A DNA stretch of 64,000 nt. It comes from Eimeria praecox (lineage: Eukaryota). A program made the translations under genes and the position numbers. Location of the stretch: the NCBI GenBank assembly GCA_963920595.1, contig OY986949.1, positions 3,658,001-3,722,000 on the forward strand, in the 5' to 3' direction. This document shows, one piece after another, positions 55,769 to 64,000 of this stretch. The notes under the pieces are model-generated. The model did no database searches and was not told where the DNA came from. It saw only the letters and a program-made list of their open reading frames with translations. Position 1 is the stretch's first letter; every line of letters begins with the position of its first letter.

Positions 55769-58700
55769 AAACACTCAAACTCGAATTAGGCTTCACCAGT
55801 GCAAGAACTGCTATCTCCACGACATCCTTCATGCAGCTTGCCCCTGCCGAGATGAGTAGGCAGCCAGCCTCCGTTCTATCTCTCCCAGACAAGCAAGGGG
55901 AAGAGAGGCGCTGCAAGCTTACCAAGCATGCAGTATGTTGGAGGTACACTGAACTCGAGCCAGATCCCCCTTGAGCTCAGCACAGCGGTAGCCCCCACGA
56001 GCTCCTGCACGTTGTTCTGGTGTGGCATCAGGAGGCAGGCGGGGAGGGTCTTGCCACGCAGCCACGTGGTCTATGAGGCCTTGGACGACACACTGGTGCA
56101 GACAGCGTCTTGCTTCTGGTGGGGGAGGTTCGAGTCTCAAAGGCGCCTTTAATACGTTCATATCATCGTGTTCAGGGTCTTGTTCGGCCTCCATCGTCTG
56201 TCCTCTTCGAGCTTGCTGCAGCAAACCATGCATAAGCTGGGCTAGCTGCCCTGCAAGTGCCCCCACCTCAGCCATTCGGGACGAATCTAGGCCGTAAGCC
56301 TTGCAGAAGCTCATCGGATTATTCGTGTGGCTATAAGCTCCACAAAGCCAAATATATGCGTCAAGGTCGCTGTCATACTCCTCCCAAGGCCTCCGAGAAG
56401 GGCTTTTCGAGGCTCCTGGAGGGCCCCTCGAGTCTGCTGCAGCCTCAGCATGGTAAGACCCCTCGCTCTCCCGTGGCAGTGCTGGCAGCAACTCGCCAAC
56501 AGAGAGAGCAGAAACTAAGTAGCATGCTAGAGCAACAAACTGAGGGCCGTGCTGTTTGTGTCTGCATACACGGGGCACACACTGACCGGTGGAAGCTACA
56601 AGCACATAACAACATCATTACAAAATCTACCTGATAGAAGCCCTCTTAATATCGCATGATCTATAATTGTATTTTGTTTAAGAACTTCATTATTGTTTGA
56701 CAGGAGGCTGAAGGACGTTACGGCGTCCACACAGTCGCACACATCTCATATCTTGTTTTAATCTAGCCCTAATCGGATCGCATGCATTTACTCAAACACA
56801 AGTATATAGTATACGAGTACAAACACAGTCAAGCAGAAACCCAAGGATAAACCTGTTAATAAGGAATATACCTTCGTACATGCATGCATATATACATTTC
56901 CTTGTTTTGTTTCGTCAGTGACAATATTATATAAAATAATATAATAATATATATATATATATATAATATATATGCATATATATTTTAATATAATATATAT
57001 ATTATATATATATTATATTAAAATATATATGCATATACATGAATCTCTTCTTTAAGAAGGACACGAGACAATCATTAATATTAATGATTGTATTAAATGA
57101 TATTCAATAAATATTATTTATTTAATATAATATTTAATATATTATTAAATATTATTATTATTAATATATATTATTTAATATATTTAATTACCTAGAGCAG
57201 GCGAGAAGCAGCATCTTCGCGAAACGAGGAGGTATAGGCACTTCACTCATACGGCGGCCAAGAGCTGTGCAGCAGACCTCAGGCTCTCGAGTATCTTTCT
57301 TCTGCTGCTTCCCCCGGGGCCCCGAGATGTTTGCCTTCGGCTCCAGGGCCCCCAATGCCACAAGGCGACGACGTGCACTGGCGAGAGCAGTCCCTGGCGG
57401 CGGAGAGGGGAAGGGGAAGGCCGATGGGCGGGGTATCCCTGGGGAGACAAACACTGACATCACCTAAACCCTAAACCCTAAACCCTAAACCCTAAATCCT
57501 ACGGCTGTATAACTACGAGCGTTACACTGCGTCTGGTTTGTGTGCCTACAGACGAACCGAGCGCAGCCATGAAGAGCAGCAAGTGATCGAGGGGCACTGT
57601 GTGTATCTGCGGAGTTGGATAGGGCTCCATCTCGTGCTGAAAGACTGCTGAAGAGTAGAGACGATAGCAGACACCAGCGCCTACACGCCCTGCACGACCG
57701 GAGCGCTGCTGCGCTGCTGCCTGAGTAGTCAGAGTAACAGTAAAGTATGAAAAGCCCTCCGATCCTGTTGAAAAGATACGCCTCTTCTCCCTCCCCGAAT
57801 CTACGACATAGCTGCATACACCAACGCAGACACCACAAAGACATCAATAGCAATCCTGATACTAATAAACTAAAATAAAACACACACACACCAGCACCAC
57901 CACCAACAGCAACAGCAGCAGCAGCAGCAGCCTAGCAGAAATAGATTTAGAATAAGAAGGCCTTCAGCTCAAAGGACTTCTTGCTGTCCGCCCCAGCTGA
58001 GGGAGGGGAAAGAAGAATAATCAACATAATTCGATTAGTGATTAAGGAGAAACGCGCATGCATCTCGCCAGAGTTTAATGCCTGTTCGGGGGCAAGTCTG
58101 TTGCTATTCTCATGCTGAGAGGAAGTAGTAAACTGTCTAGAGGTAATGGCCTGAGTATCCCAGCTCGCCTTCCTAAACCCTAAACCCTAAACCCTAAACC
58201 CTAACCCCTAGACCGTAGACCCTAAACCCTAAACCCTTTTGGTGTTCTAAGGACATGTTTGCACACAGAGACGCACCGAATATTAGGGAGGGTAAGCGAA
58301 GTCTCTGCTACATTCGTTGCTACGATTATACGTCGCTCGTCGGGGGCTGGGGTCTCGAAGGCGAGTCTCTGCAGCTCTTTAGGTAGTGTTGCATACAGCG
58401 GGAGGACAGTGAGTCTGGGAACGAAGTAAGTTTCTTCTGTCTCCTCAGCGCCTTCTTGCACTTCACTGCTGCTGCTGCTGCTGCCGCTGCTGCTGCTGCT
58501 GCTGCTGTTTTGTCTCTTCTCCCCCTCCTCCGCGGGCTTCTTCCGCACCAACGCACCCGCACCGAGCCATCCCCCCACAGGGACTGCCTTCTGTGTGCGG
58601 CGTTTCGAGGTGTCTGGACAGTCAAATGCTTGAGCAATCTTCTGACTCGTAGACACTTCACCTGTCCCTTCACTTGAGCTTGACCCTTGCTCAGTAGTAC

Positions 58701-61700
58701 CCTGTGCAACAACAACCTTCGCAGCCTCAGCTGGGGGCCCCCCCCCCTGTGGGCCCCCACCGCCATCGCGTGCGATTTGAGAACGCCCCCCCAACTTTCT
58801 ACGCTTAGATGCTGCTTGCAGACTGTCTCCGCTGTCTCCAGGAGCTGCAGGGGCCCCAGCACTTCCTTGTAAGGCCCCTCCTTTCCCTGGCTTTTCCCCA
58901 ACCACTAAGCCGGGTTGGTGGGGGGGGCCCCCAGGGTCTGCATGCACATTTGTGAAGGGGCGAGAGGCAGATAAAGCTGCTTGCAAGACCTCCGCCTCCG
59001 CCTCCTTCACTCCCTCCTGAGGCTCCTCGTTGTCTTCTGCATCGCTCCCAAGGGCCAGCTCCAGCAGCTTGTCCTGCAGCAGGGGTGTGCGGCTGCTTCG
59101 CCTGCTGCTACGAGAAGCTGCGCTGTCTTCCGAGTGTACAGACACTTCACTATCAGAACCTGCTGAAGGCTTCTCTTCCAGGGGCAGCCCCTCCTCGTCG
59201 CTCTGGTCGGATAGCAGAAACTCTGTATCAGACAGCGTCTCCTCACCGCGAGACTCGTTCTCAGCAGCAGCAGCAGCAGCTGCTGCTGCTGCTGCTGCGG
59301 CAGCAGCAGCAGAAGCCTGCTGTTTCCTTTCCCGCCTCCGCTGCCAGTCTTGCAGCATCTTCACAGCCTCCAGGACTTCTGCTCTACCCGTTAAGAACAC
59401 GAGCACAGACCCCGCAGGAAGCCTCCTGCAGACACCTCACAGATCCTCATCAACTCTGTCTCATTTCCTTAGCAGTTAGTTACAAGAAGTTTCTCTGACT
59501 GCAGCAGCAATCGTCTCCTTTTCCCTTAGCAGCACAGCAGCTACACTGTCTCTGCAGCAGCCGGAGGGGCCCGGGGAGACAGTAGGGGAGACAGGCAGCT
59601 GCAGCCTTGCAGCGCCCTCGGCGGCAAGCAGCGGAGGCTCACGTGTGGATCTGAAGAGCTTTCTTTACTGCTGCGTTAACATAGCGATCAGGTGTCTTCC
59701 TGCTGAAGTGTACGCGCACCTCAAAGGTACGACTCTCGAGACTCAACAGGGCTGGAGGGGGAGAGAAAAGATGAGAGTTTTCGGTGAAGTCCGTAGCCCT
59801 AAGAGTTGCTGACATTATCAGCACCCTGCAAACAAACAACAGCAAATATAACACTCAAACAAAGTAGCTGCAGCACCAACAGCAACAGCAGTAACAGCAG
59901 CAACAGCAGGATCGCTGGAGAGAGGAAGACGGAGAAGAGGCACAAACACCACGGAGACAAACAGCAACCTGAGATGATAATCGAAGGCCCCTGTGGCTGT
60001 TTGCTGCTGCAGCTAACAGACAGCAGCAGCACCCGCTAAGCCAGCAGTGTCCGTTGCTTCTCCGCTTGCACTATGCATGCATGTGGGGCTTCTGTATGTT
60101 GCATGCATAGTTGCATGCATGCATGCATGCATGCATGCATGCATGCATGCATGCATGCATGCCTGACTCACTTCAGGGGGGGCAAAGTGTCTTTTTCTTT
60201 CTTGAATCTCTCTCGTCTCAGATTGACTACTCGAGACAAAAGCCCCAGCAGCAAATCCACGTTAATGTTGCGCTCATGGGCCTCATCAACTACGATGCAG
60301 CAATACTTCCTAAGTAAAACAGCAGCAACCACCGCACCACAGCAACACATACATTACAAGTAACACAACACCTGAAGGAGCCCCCCTGACGCCCCACACG
60401 AGTACCACTAAATGCGTAGCTCTTTATTCAACTGACACCCTGGGGGGCCCCTAAGCCCCCGGCTCGGGGCCCCTTAGGGGGCCCCGAGCCCCTCTACAGC
60501 AACCCGTTAACACCAAAGCATCCTCGCAGATCTAAACAGAAGAGACAGGAGAAGGAGATCAGGATCTGCGGAAGCCTTCATTGTGCAGCGGTACAGGGGG
60601 ATCGGGAGGGGCCCTAGGGTACACGAGGGCAGTTGTAGGGGCCCCTAGAGATGAGGCTATGTGGGGGGGCCCCCAGGGGAAGCTCGTGAAGTTGTAAGCT
60701 GACTACCTTAAGAGGAAATCCTCTTGTATTTCTCGCAGCAAGACACCATCAGTCGCGAACTTGAGGCGACAGTGGGGCCCCACATTGTGTTTGTCGTGAC
60801 GCACCTGTAGAGACACCCGAAAAGGAGACAGTTATATGCCTGTTACAGCTGCAAGCGCTGCAATGCAACGGAGACACTTCATTGGTGCTACCCCCACACA
60901 CCGGTTTGGTGCTGTCTCCTGGTGTCTCTAGATAAAAGGAGGATAACAGCAGAAGCAGCAGCACTAAACACCAGAGACAGTAATGCAATAAGAAGAAAGA
61001 GACTAGAAGAAAAGAAAGTATAAAGGCCCACCTGATACCCCACGAGATCAGGGGCCCCCATCTCCTCAGCTACTCTTCTAGCTAAGGAGACAGCAGCAAC
61101 CCTTCGAGGCTGCGTAATACAGATAGACAACTGTCTCCTTACAACGATCCCTTCCTTAGTTGCTTCTGCTGAGAGGAAGCCTACTTGAGCACCTGCTGGT
61201 GCTGCTGGTGCTGCTGGTGCTGCTGGTGCTGCAGCAGCAGCTGCTGCTTCTGTCCCTCCAGCACCAGCAGCAGAGTCCGTAGTGTGGGGCCCCACAGCTG
61301 TCTCCTCTTTAAGCAAAGCCCGAGCTGCCTCACACTTCTTATGGAAGACCATCCTGGGGTAGCAGATCCCTGACTCGAAGACAAACTGAGGGACCTGTGA
61401 AGAGAGTAAGACAAGAAAAAATAAATAATAAATAAAATCAAATTAAATAAATTATATTAAAATAAAATAAATAAGGGGATAAACAATCTACAAACAATCA
61501 ACAAACAAACAAACAAACAAACAGACACAAACAAACAGATACATAAACTTAAATGCTAATGCACAGAACAAAAACAAACAAACAAACAAATTTATAAACA
61601 GTCAAATAAACAAAACACAGTAAATACAAAAACAAACAAACAAACAAACAAACAAACAAACAAACCTGCGGCAGATAAAGACAAACAAATATCTTAAAAC

Positions 61701-62529
61701 AAAAACAACAACATAAAACAATATCAAACAATATCAAACAATAATACGCTCCTTATTCTCAGCAATACCCCCTCTATCCTGTTACTCTTTCCCACGAGGG
61801 GCCCCAAGAGGGGCCCCCATACGGAACCCCATGAGAGGCCCCACAAGGAACCCCATGAGGGGCCCCTAGAAGGGCCCCAAGAGGGGCCCCACAAGGAACC
61901 TCATGAGGGGCCCCACAAGGAGCCTCAGGAGGGGCCCCAAGAGGGGCCCCACAAGGAACCCCACAAGGGGCCCCAGAAGGGGCCCCATAAGGGGCCTCAT
62001 GATGAGCCCCGCGAGGGGCCCCAGTTGGGGCCCCATAAGGGGCCCCATGAGGGGCCCTATAAGGGGTACCATGAGGGGCCCCGTAAGGGGCCCTATGAGG
62101 GGCCCCATGTGGAGGGTGTAAGGGGGGGGCCCCCTTCCTCTTTGTTTGTGTCTTACTTGTGTGCTTTTGCCTGATCCTGTAGCGCCTGAGACGCATAGTA
62201 CATCAGCATGTTTATGGTGTAAATGGTTTTGTATTTTTTTTCTCTTTCTTTTCGATAGGGCCCCCATAATATCTTGGGGGCCCCCTAGGATATCTTGGGG
62301 GCCCCCCTCATCAGAGCTACTACCACAGCCTTCTTCAGCTGCTTGAGATGTTGGATGCTCTTGCTGCAGCAGGAAAGACAGGACCCTCCCTTCCGCCTCA
62401 GCAGCAGGTAGTGATGCTCTCGTCTCTTCAATAGCAGCAGAACGATGCAGATATTCTGCTGCTGTCTCAGGAGAGAAAGAAATACAAGGCAAAGCAACAC
62501 TCTTCCTCCCTTTACGGCCACAACCACCA

Positions 62530-62563
<34 letters not shown>

Positions 62564-62664
62564 ATCCTGCTGCTCCCGCTGCTGCTGCTGCTGCTGCTGC
62601 TGCTCCTTCTGCTGCTGTGGGACTGGATGCATCCGTTGTGGGGTTGGATGATGAACTGTTGTTG

Positions 62665-62695
<31 letters not shown>

Positions 62696-63348
62696 TGGCT
62701 GCAGCTGTGGCAGCAGTGTCGCTCTTGTCTTCGCTCTTCAGTTTATCTTCCCCCTGCTGCTGCTCGCCTACGCTTTGTTGCTGCTGTTGCTGCTGCTGTT
62801 GCTGCTGCTGTTGCTGCTGTTGCTGCTGCTGTTCTGGCTGCTGCTGCTGCACAGGATGCTGCGTAGGCTGGTCTTCCTCCTTGCTATCTGCCGAAGGATC
62901 GACGGATTTCTTTTGCTGCTGCTGCTGCTGCTGCTGTTGCTGCTGCTGCCGCTGTTGCTGTTGCTGCTGCCGCTGCTGCTGCTGCTGCTGCACCACTGCC
63001 TCTCCCCCAGGACCGTCTGCTGTTTTCTCTTTCTGTTTTTTCTGCTGCTGCTGCTGTGTCTTGAGCTGTCGTTGCTGCTGCAGCTGCTGCTGCTTTCGCT
63101 GTATCTCCTGCTGTATTAACAAGGCCTTTCTAGCCTTCTTCTGCATCCGCCGTCCCTTAACACCTGCTAGCAGCAACCCGTTGCTCAGAAGCAGCTGCGC
63201 CTTGGCTAGCTGTACCTCTTCACCTTCAACACCTGCTGCTGCTGCTGCTGCTGCTCCTGCTGCTGCTGCTGCTGCTCCTTCCTCTGATGCACCTGCTGCG
63301 GCATCTGCTGCGGCACCTGCACCTCCTTCGTCAGGCGGCTGAATGACT

Positions 63349-63382
<34 letters not shown>

Positions 63383-63680
63383 ACAGACACGCAGCAGACC
63401 TTGTAGCTGCTCCTATTGCTCCAGCTACACCATCCCAGCAGCAGCAGCAACGCCAGCAGCAGCAGCAGCAGCGATACCAGCACCCGCAGCAGCAGCAGTA
63501 TGCCAACAGCAACCTTTACTGCAGAGAAAGAAGCTGCTGCTGCTGTTGCAGCAGCAGCAGCAGCAGCAGCAGCAGGATCGAAGGAAGCTTAACCTACTAG
63601 TTGCTAGCTGATGCCTCTCCAGCTCCTCGCACAGCTTGGCTTTCATGTCCTTCTCTTTGTGCTTCTTCTGCAGCATTCGA

Positions 63681-63712
<32 letters not shown>

Positions 63713-63753
63713 GAAGATAGCAGCAGACGCAGCAGCAGCAGCAGCAAAAGCAA

Positions 63754-63785
<32 letters not shown>

Positions 63786-63899
63786 GCAGCGGCTAAGGAG
63801 CCTCAGCAGCACCCCACAAGCTACTTGAAGGAGCGGAGAGGACATACCAAGAGCTGTTTTATTTTTCTTTCTTTCCTGCTGCTGCCTTGCTTCTTTTGC

Positions 63900-63933
<34 letters not shown>

Positions 63934-64000
63934 TCTGCTGACTCGCCTTCTTCACTTTCGAATTACGTGGCATCAGCAGCAGCGCGTTGCTGCCAGCCTC
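54407..64000 (-). CDS. DHX37: DEAH-box RNA helicase, DHX37/Dhr1(Ecm16) type; 5'-partial, at least 14 exons
   Basis: Minus-strand exons 64000-63848 (open), 63667-63598, 63346-62157, 61394-61032, 60804-60707, 60309-60172, 59825-59643, 59425-58277, 57811-57558, 57438-57192, 56561-55923, 55615-55469, 55323-54997 and 54530-54407 (TGA) are phase-consistent. Motifs: [131 protein letters not shown] and C-terminal WPP. The 5'-most exon junctions are less certain. Confidence 0.92.
55641..55764. repeat. Two (TA)n tracts flanking a short AAACCCT tract (helicase intron)
   Basis: (TA)n ~55641-55684, AACCCTAAACCCTAAACCC 55686-55704, (TA)n ~55713-55764. Confidence 0.95.
56920..57190. repeat. Extremely AT-rich low-complexity intronic tract
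   Basis: Almost pure A/T sequence next to the donor at 57191. It contains a 24-bp perfect palindrome at 57068-57091. Confidence 0.9.
57463..57500 (-). repeat. Telomere-like (AAACCCT)n tract in helicase intron
   Basis: 4 perfect copies plus a variant inside the 119-nt intron 57439-57557. Confidence 0.95.
58172..58237 (-). repeat. Telomere-like (AAACCCT)n tract in helicase intron
   Basis: Nine 7-mer units, three of them variant, ~40 nt from the donor at 58276. Confidence 0.95.
60112..60162. repeat. (TGCA)12 palindromic array (TGCATGCA motif)
   Basis: An uninterrupted TGCA repeat just inside the helicase donor at 60171. TGCATGCA is a known over-represented apicomplexan non-coding motif. Confidence 0.93.
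61420..61745. repeat. A-rich (TAAA)/(CAAA)n low-complexity intronic tract
   Basis: Repeated ACAA/ATAA units inside helicase intron 61395-62156. Confidence 0.9.
61797..62110. repeat. 12-bp minisatellite with GGGGCCCC core (~26 copies)
   Basis: Units such as AGGGGCCCCACA, AGGAACCCCATG and AGGGGCCCCATG recur at 12-nt period within a helicase intron. Confidence 0.9.
62530..63940. repeat. Dense CAG/CTG trinucleotide region: coding polyQ/polyA/polyS and intronic runs
   Basis: Long CTG/CAG runs translate to homopolymeric Q, A, S and N tracts in the helicase N-terminal exons and also fill the adjacent introns. Confidence 0.95.

Noticed and set aside
48683..58237. True telomere or chromosome-fusion site
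   Set aside because: The tracts are under 70 bp and lie inside introns of intact genes, as is typical of interstitial Eimeria repeats.
61774..63941. PolyCys/polyLeu ORFs and a GAP(H/Y)-repeat protein ORF
   Set aside because: These are alternative-frame or intronic readings of the CAG repeats and the 12-bp minisatellite within the helicase gene.
63935..63950. Non-canonical GC-AG donor (AAG|GCGAGT) in the helicase 5' exon
   Set aside because: The frame stays open through polyQ to a canonical GTATGT donor at 63847 that is in phase with the next exon.

Overview
Eukaryotic DNA with the hallmarks of a coccidian apicomplexan, most likely Eimeria (inferred from CAG/CTG runs, intronic AAACCCT telomere-like repeats, TGCATGCA motifs and intron-rich GT-AG genes). 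(1) 1-~29.6 kb is one C/A-rich tandem satellite of about 80 monomers of ~370 bp. It forms three successive subfamilies, with 4-mer, 3-mer and 7-mer higher-order repeats and a decaying outer edge. All short ORFs there appear to be by-products of the repeat. (2) ~29.6-47.5 kb is poor in simple repeats. It holds a probably decayed secreted/membrane-protein gene, a 70-bp near-perfect hairpin, a degenerate and internally deleted Ty3/Gypsy retrotransposon (minus strand) and a 7-exon TGS1 gene with large insertions. (3) ~47.6-64 kb is rich in simple repeats. It holds a 13-exon TRAP1-type Hsp90 gene (+) converging on a DHX37/Dhr1-type DEAH helicase gene (-) whose 5' end lies beyond the window. Exon models were built by hand from GT/AG sites, phase and conserved motifs. 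No database searches were run. I found no feature that by itself demonstrates a new biological system; the satellite architecture is the best lead.
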